DNA of 64,000 nt. It comes from an uncultured bacterium. GTDB lineage: Bacteria > Bacteroidota > Bacteroidia > J057 > JADKCL01. This document shows, one piece after another, positions 1 through 9,129 of this stretch; the stretch's first letter is position 1; each line of letters opens with the position of its first letter. Position numbers and translations under genes: made by a program. The DNA is taken from contig CAWUKT010000031.1 in NCBI GenBank assembly GCA_963923035.1, positions 119-64,118 on the forward strand, in the 5' to 3' direction. The notes beneath the pieces were generated by a model. That model did not search any database. It saw nothing but the letters and a program-made list of their open reading frames with translations, and was not told the DNA's origin.

Positions 1-125
1 GAGGCGGAACAAGCGACCTCTCAGGTGGACTGGCCAAGGTTAAAGCAAAATACACGGCTCTGGAAACGATCAATGGGGGCGGATCAGCTACCCACGGGCC
101 ATTGGGCAGCTGAAATTTCTCCGGT

Positions 126-1496
126 TTACATTTCTTCCCCGACCACATAATCCCGCAACTTGATCCGCAGCACGATCAGCAGGTACAATACCGTATTCAC
201 CGCCAGCAAACCGACGAAGAACCAGTAAAAATTGGCGCCTTCTTTCAGGATGGCCGCGGAACCACCGGCTTCGATCGCATTGTTCACCCAGACTGCGACG
301 AGATTGCCCATCGCGAGGGCCAGCAGCCAGACCGACGTGATCGTGCTTTTCATCTTGGCGGGGCTGTACCGGTAACCCATCTCCAAACCGGTGATCGACA
401 CCAGCAATTCGCCGAGGGTGAGGACAAAATAGGCCAGGAGCTGCCATGACACGTGGGGATTGAGGCCGCGGGAAATGTCTAGTTTGATCATGCCTTCCAG
501 CGCGGTGGCAATTCCGATGAGGACAAACCCAACGAGAATCTTCCGGGTGGCCTTGACTTCGATGTTCTTTTTCTCCAGCCACTTGAATACCCCCAGCAAG
601 ACCGGGATCAGGGTCAAAATCAGGATGGGGTTGAAGGCCTGGACCTGCTCCTGTTCCAGCTCGAAGCCCCAAATCGTCCGGTCCAATTGCGCCGCATCCA
701 GGACCCATTCCGCCCCACTCAATTCGTAGCTGCCCCACGCAATGGGAATGAAGGCAAAAAAGCCCATGATCCGCCACGTCGCCCGTACACCGTCGACGCT
801 TTCGGCCCCCCATTTCTGCTCGAGGCTCTTCCAGACTTGTTTTTCCCCCTGCAACCGAGCCTTCAATGCGGCCAGGTTCACGGTGAGGAAATTGTTGCGG
901 GGGTAACCGCCGGCGGGGACGAGGACATAGGTCTTGCGGCCGAGGAAAAGGACGACCGTCGCGACGCCCATGAGCACGCCGGGGATGGCAAAGGCGACCT
1001 CGTAGCCGAAGGCCTTGAGTTCGGGGATGAAGACCATCGCGAGAAAGGAGCCGAGGTTGATCGAGAAATAGTACCAGTTGAAGGCGCGGGTGAGGGCCTC
1101 GGAGGAATGCTGCTTGAACTGGTCGCCGAGGAGGGCGGAGCTGTTCGGTTTGAGGATGCCGGCGCCGAGGGCAATCACGAAGAGGCCGACGCGGAATCCG
1201 ACGAGGTCGTCGATGTAAATGGCCAGTAGTCCGTGGCCCACGCAATAGAGCAGACTCACCCAGAGGATGGTCCGGTACTTGCCCAGGAACCAGTCGGCGA
1301 TGAGGGCCCCGAGGACGGGCGTCGCGTAGGTCAGGACGATATTGGAGTGGGTGACGGCGGCGGCTTCCTCGTTGGACATGGCGAAGGCAATGACGAGGAA
1401 GGGCGTGAGCAAGGCGCGGTAGCCGTAGTAGGAAAAGCGTTCGGCGAACTCATTTCCCAGCACGAAATAGAAGGATTTTGGAAAGGCTTTTTTCAT
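126..1496 (-). CDS. POT/PTR2-family proton-dependent oligopeptide transporter (MFS)
   Basis: 456 aa, about 12 TM segments; N-terminal ExxERFxYYG motif (NEFAERFSYYG); PTR2 signatures LGALIADWFLGKYRTI and FNWYYFSINLGS. Confidence 0.95.
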   Translation of the reverse strand: MKKAFPKSFYFVLGNEFAERFSYYGYRALLTPFLVIAFAMSNEEAAAVTHSNIVLTYATPVLGALIADWFLGKYRTILWVSLLYCVGHGLLAIYIDDLVGFRVGLFVIALGAGILKPNSSALLGDQFKQHSSEALTRAFNWYYFSINLGSFLAMVFIPELKAFGYEVAFAIPGVLMGVATVVLFLGRKTYVLVPAGGYPRNNFLTVNLAALKARLQGEKQVWKSLEQKWGAESVDGVRATWRIMGFFAFIPIAWGSYELSGAEWVLDAAQLDRTIWGFELEQEQVQAFNPILILTLIPVLLGVFKWLEKKNIEVKATRKILVGFVLIGIATALEGMIKLDISRGLNPHVSWQLLAYFVLTLGELLVSITGLEMGYRYSPAKMKSTITSVWLLALAMGNLVAVWVNNAIEAGGSAAILKEGANFYWFFVGLLAVNTVLYLLIVLRIKLRDYVVGEEM

Positions 1497-1586
1497 GGGA
1501 ACCGGGTTTGTTGGTACTCAAATTGGTTCCCAAGATGGAGGCCGGAAAAGGGGGAATGAAGAGAAATTAAGGGGTTGGGAGGGAAA

Positions 1587-1664
1587 TTCAGAGGGGAGTT
1601 CAGACGGGTTCAGGGGACTTCAGAACCGTTCAGATCGCTTCAGAAGGGGACGCGGGAAGCTCAG
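1587..1664. promoter_or_regulatory. Helically phased TTCAG (CTGAA on minus strand) direct-repeat array, putative operator
   Basis: TTCAG starts at 1587, 1599, 1609, 1619, 1629 and 1639, plus CTCAG at 1660 (spacing 12,10,10,10,10,21); spacer bases differ between copies. The repeat is seen directly; the operator role is inferred. Confidence 0.65.
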
Positions 1665-2844
1665 ACATGATTTTGCGGAGGTCGTTGTCTTCGGAGAGGG
1701 TGGGGTGGTCCAGGGCAATGGCGGCGGGGGACAATGCGAGCCGGTACTGGCCCGATCCTTTGCCTTTGCTCTCGATGAATTCCGGCCAGTTCAGCGGCTC
1801 GCCCAATTCGGGGAGGGCCTTGTTGAAGGCTTCGGTCAGGGCGGCGTTGCTGGTGTGGATATTGCCGCCGTAGAGGTGGGCGGTATCCGTATTGCCGTGG
1901 ACATATTCTCCGTTCAATTTCCGCACCGCCGCCAGCAGCAGGTACTGGAATTTCTTCGCACTCAATTCGATTTCCTGTTGCTCGATCTCCCGCGACGGCC
2001 AATTCAACCGGGCGATGTAGCGTCCCTGCCGGTTCTTTCCCAGGAAGATCCGCGCATCCTCTTTGTCCACCGGGTCTCCATTGTCCTGCATTTGTCCACT
2101 ACTTTTCTGCCCCTCCTGGAACCGTTCCCGAATCCACGTAAAGGCCAGCGCAAAAAACAGCATCACCAACAAGGTATGCGTACAGACCCGCAGCAGGTAA
2201 ATCCAGCCGTCCCCATTGTCCCCGTCTGCTCCCCCCGAATTCAGGAAGGGCACCGCCCCCTGCACAACCAGCAAGCCCAGCAATACGATCGCCGTCAGCA
2301 CGGCCATCGAGGGGAGCCGCCGCCGCCAGAAGGACACCACTATGGCATAGCCCAGCGACATGATGCTGACCACCGAGAAAATCGTTTCGGGGAGGCCGGC
2401 CAGCCATTCGTCCTGCTTGTCCTGGAAAATCCGGAAGGTCAGGAGGGTCAATACGAGGGTTGTAGCCGCAGCGGGAAGGACCACGCGCCGCCATTTGGTG
2501 GGATTGTGAAAAAAATCGAGGCGCCCGTGCCAGCGTTCGAAGCCGTGCTCGAAGAGGGGCAGGGTCATGAGGAAGAGGGCCGAATTGGTGGTGGAAAGGA
2601 CGCGGCGGAGGAAGCGGTCGAAAAAGTGCCCCTGGTCAGCGGCTCCATTTCCCTGCGACGGAAATCCCAATTCCAGCGCGTACATGGTCGCCCACAGCAG
2701 GAGTCCCGCGCCGAGGTAGAGAAAGCCCTGGTCGCGGCCCTTGCGTTCGAGGTTGCGGACATGGACCCAGAACATGCACAGGATCAGCCCCGCGAAACCG
2801 GAGATGACCATGAGCGCACCATTGGCGAATTCTGGGATCTGCAT
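1630..2844 (-). CDS. Uncharacterised 7TM membrane protein with soluble C-terminal domain, putative winged-helix one-component regulator
   Basis: 404 aa; seven hydrophobic segments in about aa 8-238, then a soluble domain (EIELSAKKFQYLLLAA...IESKGKGSGQYRLAL) resembling OmpR/PhoB-type wHTH. Confidence 0.6.
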   Translation of the reverse strand: MQIPEFANGALMVISGFAGLILCMFWVHVRNLERKGRDQGFLYLGAGLLLWATMYALELGFPSQGNGAADQGHFFDRFLRRVLSTTNSALFLMTLPLFEHGFERWHGRLDFFHNPTKWRRVVLPAAATTLVLTLLTFRIFQDKQDEWLAGLPETIFSVVSIMSLGYAIVVSFWRRRLPSMAVLTAIVLLGLLVVQGAVPFLNSGGADGDNGDGWIYLLRVCTHTLLVMLFFALAFTWIRERFQEGQKSSGQMQDNGDPVDKEDARIFLGKNRQGRYIARLNWPSREIEQQEIELSAKKFQYLLLAAVRKLNGEYVHGNTDTAHLYGGNIHTSNAALTEAFNKALPELGEPLNWPEFIESKGKGSGQYRLALSPAAIALDHPTLSEDNDLRKIMSELPASPSEAI

Positions 2845-3007
2845 GGGGGAAATTACGCAATTCCGGCCATTGATGGGGCAGGGAATGGTGGAGGGAGCGG
2901 AATTGAGAAGGAGGAAGCGGGGCGGGAGAGAAAATGTCGGGAAATGGAGGGGCGACAGAAATGCCCCCAGAATCCGCAGGAGGGCTTTCAGGCTAGGAAA
3001 AAATTGT

Positions 3008-3015
3008 TATTTTTG
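3008..3015 (+). promoter_or_regulatory. Bacteroidota -7 promoter element (TAnnTTTG)
   Basis: TATTTTTG about 70 nt upstream of the ATG at 3088. Confidence 0.5.
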
Positions 3016-3087
3016 AGGGCTGAAACCCTCAAAAACGGTTCGGTAACCGTCGGGCGACGGGAATCAATACGGAAATTAACACCATAT

Positions 3088-3642
3088 ATGAAATCTTACA
3101 TCTGGTTACTGGCCATCCTCACAGTGCTTGCTTTACCCGCCTACGCCCAGCCGGATTCTACTCAAACAGCCCCCCCTTCAGGTTTTGAACCGGGCCCGTT
3201 GCTGGGACCCTACGAGTTGCAGGAAAAGCCTTTCTTCAACGATCTCCAGGAAGCGATGGCGGAACCGGAGAAGGTGTACAAACTCTCCCTCGCGGGCCAG
3301 GGCCTCAAAGATATTCCCGCTGAAGTCTTCGAATTGTCGAACCTTCAGGTATTGGTGTTGTCGGAAAACAAGATCAAAGAAATCCCGTCCGAAATTGGCA
3401 ATCTCAAGAACCTCCAGTTGCTGAGCTTGTACAAGAACAAGATCCGCTACGTCCCGGATGAGTTTCGGGAGCTGAACAACCTGAGTACGCTGTACCTGGG
3501 ACAAAACCGGTTGACGGAGTTTCCGGTTTGGATGGGCGGCATTGGGAACCTGCGGCGGTTGGACATTTCCCGCAACCGCATGACGCCGTACGAAGTAGAT
3601 GCAATCCGCCGCGTCCTGGCGCGGGTGGACATCACCTTCTAA
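3088..3642 (+). CDS. Secreted leucine-rich-repeat protein
   Basis: True start MKSYIWLLAILTVLALPAYAQ (signal peptide) at 3088 inside track ORF 1495..3642; LxxLxLxxNxI repeats (LQVLVLSENKI, LQLLSLYKNKI, LSTLYLGQNRL). Confidence 0.9.
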   Translation: MKSYIWLLAILTVLALPAYAQPDSTQTAPPSGFEPGPLLGPYELQEKPFFNDLQEAMAEPEKVYKLSLAGQGLKDIPAEVFELSNLQVLVLSENKIKEIPSEIGNLKNLQLLSLYKNKIRYVPDEFRELNNLSTLYLGQNRLTEFPVWMGGIGNLRRLDISRNRMTPYEVDAIRRVLARVDITF

Positions 3643-4106
3643 TTGCCTTCTCCCAAGGATTTCCACACTTCAGAAATGATTTCCAATTCGAATCCCTTGC
3701 TGGCAAGGGACCGAAATAACTTTTGACGGGCCGTAAAATCCAATTGGTAGTTTCCCCGGGCCTTTTGTTCGAGCAGGCGCTCGACCGTTTGCCAATAGTC
3801 CTCCTCTTTGATCTCTTCTTCCAGGGCCAATTGCACCAGATGGTCCTCCACGCCCTTTTCCCACAAGCCCTGCCGGATCTTCACCCTTCCCCAGCGGTTG
3901 TTTCGAAACTTCCCCCGCACAAAACTCCGGGCAAATCGCTCCTCGTTCCAAAATCCCTGTTCACCCAGCTCCTCAATCAGCTCCTCCTGCTTCTCCTCCG
4001 GACAGCCCAGTTCCCGCAGCTTCCGCACCAACTCCTTGCGGGAGCGGTCCTGGTAGGCGCAGTACCGCGCCATCTTCTGAAATCCAATGTCGATGCTCCA
4101 ATCCAT
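3639..4106 (-). CDS. recX: Regulatory protein RecX
   Basis: YCAYQDRS, NEERFARSFVRGKF, WGRVKI and LASKGFE motifs; ATG at 4106. Confidence 0.92.
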   Translation of the reverse strand: MDWSIDIGFQKMARYCAYQDRSRKELVRKLRELGCPEEKQEELIEELGEQGFWNEERFARSFVRGKFRNNRWGRVKIRQGLWEKGVEDHLVQLALEEEIKEEDYWQTVERLLEQKARGNYQLDFTARQKLFRSLASKGFELEIISEVWKSLGEGN

Positions 4107-4111
4107 GCGGC

Positions 4112-6097
4112 TCAATTCACCTCGACGATCCGACACTCCGTCCGCCGGTTCATCGCCCGGCCCTCTTCGGTTTCATTGTCGTCAATGGGGGTCGATTCCC
4201 CGTAGCCCTTGGCCTTCACCCGCTCCTTCGCAATTCCCCGACTCGCCAGATACTCCTTCACGGAACCGGCGCGGTTCTCACTCAGGACCGCATTGTCGGA
4301 GGTCGAGCCCACATTGTCGGTATGCCCGCCGATTTCCACCTTCACATTCGGGTTTAGCTTCATGAACTGAACCAGGTGCTCCAATTCCGCCTTCGATTCG
4401 TCGAGCAGCGCATACTTATTGGTTTCGTAGAACACATTGCTCATGACGATGGCGATGCCCGGCTTCAGCGGTTGCAATTCGATGTCGACATCGAAATACT
4501 GGTCGCGGCGTTCGCCCTCGCGGGGCTGGTCGAGGTCCTTCAGCGAGAAGAATTGAGAGGCGTAGAGGTAACCTTTCTTGTCGACAAAGGCCGCGTAGTC
4601 CTGTTCCAGGGGGAGGGTGAGCAGGAATTTGCCGGTCACCTTGTTGGAATAGACGGAGCGGATCGTATCGCCGGTTTGGAGGTTGATGAAGGTGACCTTG
4701 CTGGCGAGGGGCTTGCCGGTGCCTTCTTCCTTGACGTAGCCCCGGACATAGGTCGTGAAATCGGGGCGGATCTTGGGATCGAGTTCGAAGGAATAGATGT
4801 CGCTGCGTCCGAGGCCGCTCTCGCGGGTCGAATTGATATAGCCGAGGGTGCCCTTGGCATTGACGAAGATATTGCCTTCGTCGGCGCTGGTGTTCAGGGG
4901 ATTGCCGAGGTTTTCGGGCGGGGTCCAGCCTTCGGGGGTCTTTTTGCTCATGAAGAGGTCGAGACCGCCGTAGCCCAGGTGTCCGCTGGACGAGAAATAG
5001 AGGGTTTTGCCGTCGGCGTGGAGGAAGGGCGAGACTTCGTTGCCGGGCGAATTGATTTCGGGACCAAGGTTGACGGGTTCGGACCAGGAGCCATTGACAT
5101 AATTGGCTTTCCAGATGTCCTGGCCGCCCTGGCCGCCTTTGCGGCTGGAGGCGAAGTAGAGCGTCCGGCCATCGTTGGAGATGCAGGGCTGCGATTCCCA
5201 GGCGGGGGTATTGATGAGGGGGCCCAGGTTGCGGGGTTTGGACCAGGTCTTGCCATCGAGTCGGGAGACGTAGATGTCGCAGTCGCCGTAGCCGCCGCGG
5301 CGGCTGCACGCGGTGAAGAACACGAACTGGCCGTCGGGGGTGAAGCTGGCGGCGCCTTCGTTGCCTTCGGTATTGACGGGCGGGCCGAAGTTCTCGGCCA
5401 GGACCCATTCGCCGTCTTTCAGCTCGGCGTAGTAAAAGTCTTCGGTATAACCGCGGTATTCGCGGTTGAATCCGCCGGTGCACCCGGGCCGCCGGGTCGT
5501 GAAAAAGATCGTCTGCTCGTCGGCCGTGAGGTAGGGCAGGTACTCGTCAAAGGCGGTATTGATGTTTTCCCCAAGGTTCACGGGGTTGAAGGTGATCGTT
5601 TTCCCGCCTTGACTCACCGCAAATTGGGCACTCTTCCGGTGGCGCTCCGCATCCTTCAGCATCGGGGCGGGGATGGCTTTGTTTCCCTTCTTCTCAAAAA
5701 ACAGGTCGTATTGTCCCGCAGCGCCCTCAAAGTCTTCCCGGTAGAATTTGCACTCGGCGAGATAGAAATAGAGGAGGGGGTTGGGGAATGGAAGCAACTC
5801 ACTGGCCTTTTCCATTTGCTCCTCCGCAGGTCCGTAGTTCCGGAGGACGTAGTTGCAGGCGCCCCGGCGGAACCAGGCATCCCCGAAATTGGGTTCGATC
5901 TCGATGGCCTGTTCGTAGAAGTTGATGGCTTCCTGGTAGGCGCGGTATTTCTCTTGTTGGTTTCCCTGTAAATAAAGTTTGAGGGCCTTCTTGGAAGAAA
6001 TGTTGTAGTCGGATGGCTTGGGGTTTTGGGCCTTACAACTGGCGATCAGGAACACGAGGCAACTGACCAAAAAGAAGTGCCGGGGAAGTCGGTTCAT
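4112..6097 (-). CDS. TPR / PD40 beta-propeller / OmpA-C lipoprotein (PorE-like)
   Basis: Lipobox LIASC, TPRs, repeated NLG..IN(T/S) PD40 units, C-terminal GHTDNVGS...LSENRA...NRRTE. Confidence 0.9.
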   Translation of the reverse strand: MNRLPRHFFLVSCLVFLIASCKAQNPKPSDYNISSKKALKLYLQGNQQEKYRAYQEAINFYEQAIEIEPNFGDAWFRRGACNYVLRNYGPAEEQMEKASELLPFPNPLLYFYLAECKFYREDFEGAAGQYDLFFEKKGNKAIPAPMLKDAERHRKSAQFAVSQGGKTITFNPVNLGENINTAFDEYLPYLTADEQTIFFTTRRPGCTGGFNREYRGYTEDFYYAELKDGEWVLAENFGPPVNTEGNEGAASFTPDGQFVFFTACSRRGGYGDCDIYVSRLDGKTWSKPRNLGPLINTPAWESQPCISNDGRTLYFASSRKGGQGGQDIWKANYVNGSWSEPVNLGPEINSPGNEVSPFLHADGKTLYFSSSGHLGYGGLDLFMSKKTPEGWTPPENLGNPLNTSADEGNIFVNAKGTLGYINSTRESGLGRSDIYSFELDPKIRPDFTTYVRGYVKEEGTGKPLASKVTFINLQTGDTIRSVYSNKVTGKFLLTLPLEQDYAAFVDKKGYLYASQFFSLKDLDQPREGERRDQYFDVDIELQPLKPGIAIVMSNVFYETNKYALLDESKAELEHLVQFMKLNPNVKVEIGGHTDNVGSTSDNAVLSENRAGSVKEYLASRGIAKERVKAKGYGESTPIDDNETEEGRAMNRRTECRIVEVN

Positions 6098-6098
6098 A

Positions 6099-6731
6099 TC
6101 AGGGAATGTTGATGTACTTGTGGGTCTGAAGGCTGAGGTGCCATTGGGGATGCTTCAAGATGAATTGGATGACCTGGTCCACCCGGTCCCGCCGCGACCA
6201 CTCGGGCTGCAAGTACAGCTTGGTACGTTGGGGATCGCAGTGGGCTGCTTGCTCCACCGCCCAGGTGAGGTCGTGGGCATTGTACACGATGACCTTGAGT
6301 TCGTGGGCCTGGGAAAAGTACTCCTCGCGGGCGGCTTTGAATTTCTTCGGGGACAGGGTCACCCAATCGAAATCTCCGGTGAACGGATGCGCGCCCGAGG
6401 TTTCGATGTGCGTCCGCAGCCCGGCCGCTTTAAGAGAACGTGTCAAGGGGCCGAGATCGTACATGGTGGGTTCTCCCCCGGTGATCACGGCGATGGGGGC
6501 GCCCGATTCCCGGGCGATCTGCGTGACCTCCGAAATGGGCATCCACTGGTCCTCGCTGACGGACCACGATTCCTTGACGTCACACCAGTGACAGCCGACA
6601 TCGCATCCGGCCAGCCGGATGAAGTAGGCCGGCGTGCCCGCGTGGTGGCCTTCTCCCTGGAGCGTGTAGAAATGCTCCATGACGGGGATTTCCGTGTCGG
6701 TACGGACCATTGATGTTGTTTCCCGATTCAT
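6099..6731 (-). CDS. queE: 7-carboxy-7-deazaguanine synthase (radical SAM)
   Basis: EHFYTLQGEG, FIRLAGCDVGCHWCD, TGGEP, ETSG, LSLQTHK; start at 6731 or 6710. Confidence 0.95.
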   Translation of the reverse strand: MNRETTSMVRTDTEIPVMEHFYTLQGEGHHAGTPAYFIRLAGCDVGCHWCDVKESWSVSEDQWMPISEVTQIARESGAPIAVITGGEPTMYDLGPLTRSLKAAGLRTHIETSGAHPFTGDFDWVTLSPKKFKAAREEYFSQAHELKVIVYNAHDLTWAVEQAAHCDPQRTKLYLQPEWSRRDRVDQVIQFILKHPQWHLSLQTHKYINIP

Positions 6732-6922
6732 TTGACTGCCTTCATTATCAATTCCCCTGCGTAACAGGAAGGTCAAAAGTACGGATATTTTGACTGGAAT
6801 CAGCATCGCGAAAGAGCAAGGGAAAATGGAAGGGGAGCAGGAAAAAAATCTCCCCGCGATACTAAATCCTCCCCCGCCGAAGTTTTGTTTACTGAAACGA
6901 ACCCATAATCACTCATCTCAAT

Positions 6923-8182
6923 ATGAAAGTATCTCTACTCTCGGGCCTGATGGCCCTGGCATGCTATTTTGGCTTTGCCCAAACCAATCAAAACCTCGAT
7001 TCCCTGGCCGCGATCACCTACAATGCCTCTTTTGACATCGTGGCCTTTGACGAATTCGTGGTCACCACGAAGGGACAGGTTTACAACCTCGCGAATTCGT
7101 CCAGCCCCAACCTGGTCGGCTCTTTTTCCCCTCCCGCGGGCGTCATCACGGCCTATTTCTACCAAAGGCCCTATCTGTACGTAGGTTCGGGCCAGATTGC
7201 CGATTTCCTCATCATTGACATGACCTTCCCTTTTGCCCCCAATGCCATCGGAAGCATTTCCTTTGGATCGGCGAGCATCTTCGGGATTACCGTCACGGGA
7301 CAACATGCCTACCTCGCCCTCGACAACAGTTTGGTCAGCGTGGACATTTCCAATCCCACGGCTCCCGTTCTGGTGGACACCCTTCCTTTTCCGAACCAGA
7401 TACGGGACGTCGGTGCGAGCGGTTGCCAGGTTTTTGTCAGCGGTCCGGGCGGCCTGAACAATGTCGATATTTCCGATCCTGCGAACCTGAGCCTGATTGG
7501 CGGCTTTGGATCCGGCTTTGTGGACCTCGACAACTATGGCGATACGGTATTCGTCAGTGGCTCGACCGGAGCCCTTCAGGTGATCAGCTTCAGCAATCCG
7601 ACGTCTCCGCTGCCATTGGCCGGTGCGAGTACGGGAGCTCAGATGTGGGGCGTCGAGTTTCGGGACAATATGATTTATGCGTCATCTGATCCCGGGGCGC
7701 TGTACGTCTATGAATTGACCTACCCTTCCCTGACGCCCTTTGCCTTCTATCAGGCCAGCGGCGGGCAGGGCTTCGATGTCACGACCAGTGATTCCCTCGT
7801 CTTCCTTTCCAGTCTGGTCGACGGCGTCCGCATCTTTCGCCTCGACAGCATTTCTCCGGTCAGCGCCGATCTCCCGTTTCTCTTCAAGCCCTGTACCCCC
7901 ACTGTCAACGTAGATGCTTCCCTTTCGCGTCCCAGCCAGTGGTATCCCAATCCGGTGGGACGGGGACAAATGGCGGGGCTGCGCTTGAGTCCTGATTTGG
8001 ATCCGACGACGCCGGTGGAGGTGGTAGTGTGGAGTGGGGAAGGAAAACAAATGGGGATGTGGACAGGAAATGGAGGGGCGGAAATATCGTTGCCCGCCGG
8101 GAATTGGTCGGCAGGGCTGTACGGGTATGAAGTCCGGCAGAACGGAAGGCAGGTGGAGCGGGGAAAATTTGCGGTGCAATAA
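6923..8182 (+). CDS. LVIVD-repeat protein with T9SS type A C-terminal sorting domain
   Basis: Signal peptide; repeats such as LVSVDISNPTAP, VDISDPAN and VISFSNPTSP; C-terminal YPNP...GLY...KFAVQ. Confidence 0.85.
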   Translation: MKVSLLSGLMALACYFGFAQTNQNLDSLAAITYNASFDIVAFDEFVVTTKGQVYNLANSSSPNLVGSFSPPAGVITAYFYQRPYLYVGSGQIADFLIIDMTFPFAPNAIGSISFGSASIFGITVTGQHAYLALDNSLVSVDISNPTAPVLVDTLPFPNQIRDVGASGCQVFVSGPGGLNNVDISDPANLSLIGGFGSGFVDLDNYGDTVFVSGSTGALQVISFSNPTSPLPLAGASTGAQMWGVEFRDNMIYASSDPGALYVYELTYPSLTPFAFYQASGGQGFDVTTSDSLVFLSSLVDGVRIFRLDSISPVSADLPFLFKPCTPTVNVDASLSRPSQWYPNPVGRGQMAGLRLSPDLDPTTPVEVVVWSGEGKQMGMWTGNGGAEISLPAGNWSAGLYGYEVRQNGRQVERGKFAVQ

Positions 8183-8185
8183 GGA

Positions 8186-9073
8186 TCAGTCTTCCAGGCC
8201 CAGGTGTTGCTTGTAGAGCAGCATGGTATTGGAGAGGAGCATGGCAATAGTCATGGGGCCCACGCCACCGGGAACGGGGGTGATGAAGGAGCACTTGGGG
8301 GCGACGTTGTCGAAGTCGACGTCGCCAACCAATCGATAGCCCCGCTTGCGGGTCGCGTCATCGACGCGGTTGATGCCGACGTCGATGACGACGACGCCCT
8401 CGCGGACCATGTCCTCCTTGATGAGGCCGACGACCCCGGTGGCCACGACCAGGATATCCGCCTGGCGGGTGTGGTAGGCCAGGTCCTGGGTATGGATGTG
8501 ACAGGTCGTCACGGTCGCATTGCCGCCGCGGTTGTCGCGGGCGAGGAGCGTGCTCACGGGCGACCCGACGATGTTGCTGTTGCCGACGACGACGGCGTGC
8601 TTGCCCTTGGTCTCAATGCCGTAGCGCATCAGCATCTCCAGAATGCCCGCCGGCGTGGCGGGGAGCGGAGCCGGCAAGTTCTTGGCCATCCGGCCGTTGT
8701 TGATCGGGTGGAAACCGTCGACATCTTTTTCGGGCGCAATGGCCTCGATCACTTTGTCTTCGGAAATCTGATCGGGAAGCGGGAGTTGGACGAGAATGCC
8801 ATCGACTTCGGGATCGGCGTTGAGGGAGGCGAGCTTACGGAGCAGAAAGCGTTCTTTGAGATCGGCTCCGTAGAGCAATTCCGTGGAGCGGTAGCCCACG
8901 TACTCGCAGGCCTTGACCTTGTTCCGGACATAGGTCTGGCTGGCGGGGTTGTCGCCTACCAGAATGGCAATCAGGTGGGGCGGACGGTGTCCTTTTTCCA
9001 CCCAATGCGCGGTTTCGTCCCTGAGTTCATCCTTGATCTCAGTGGATAGCTTTTTGCCGTCGATCAATTCCAT
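8186..9073 (-). CDS. folD: Methylenetetrahydrofolate dehydrogenase/cyclohydrolase
   Basis: YVRNK, GILVQLPLP, KDVDGFHP, TPVPGGVGPMT. Confidence 0.97.
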   Translation of the reverse strand: MELIDGKKLSTEIKDELRDETAHWVEKGHRPPHLIAILVGDNPASQTYVRNKVKACEYVGYRSTELLYGADLKERFLLRKLASLNADPEVDGILVQLPLPDQISEDKVIEAIAPEKDVDGFHPINNGRMAKNLPAPLPATPAGILEMLMRYGIETKGKHAVVVGNSNIVGSPVSTLLARDNRGGNATVTTCHIHTQDLAYHTRQADILVVATGVVGLIKEDMVREGVVVIDVGINRVDDATRKRGYRLVGDVDFDNVAPKCSFITPVPGGVGPMTIAMLLSNTMLLYKQHLGLED

Positions 9074-9095
9074 AATGCTCTCCTTCCAAAATTGA

Positions 9096-9120
9096 AACAG
9101 CCGGGATCATCCCGGCTGTT
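9096..9120. terminator. Inverted repeat downstream of lepA, probable terminator
   Basis: AACAGCCGGGAT-C-ATCCCGGCTGTT. Confidence 0.5.
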
Positions 9121-9129
9121 GTTGTATGC

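Noticed and set aside
1-113. Possible 3' end of a plus-strand CDS
   Set aside because: Two frames are open and neither has a recognisable motif, so it cannot be assigned.
1587-1664. TTCAG array as CRISPR or microsatellite
   Set aside because: The 5-nt unit with 5-nt variable spacers is too short for CRISPR, there are no cas genes, and the spacers are not duplicated.
1630-2844. 7TM protein as a microbial rhodopsin
   Set aside because: There is no Lys in the seventh helix (RVCTHTLLVMLFF) and no DxxxK motif.
1495-3087. 715-aa ORF appearing to fuse a long N-terminus to the LRR protein
   Set aside because: The upstream part is the antisense shadow of the 7TM gene; a signal peptide and promoter place the real start at 3088.
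6732-6790. preQ1 riboswitch upstream of queE
   Set aside because: A small hairpin is present, but the preQ1 loop consensus and A-rich tail are absent.
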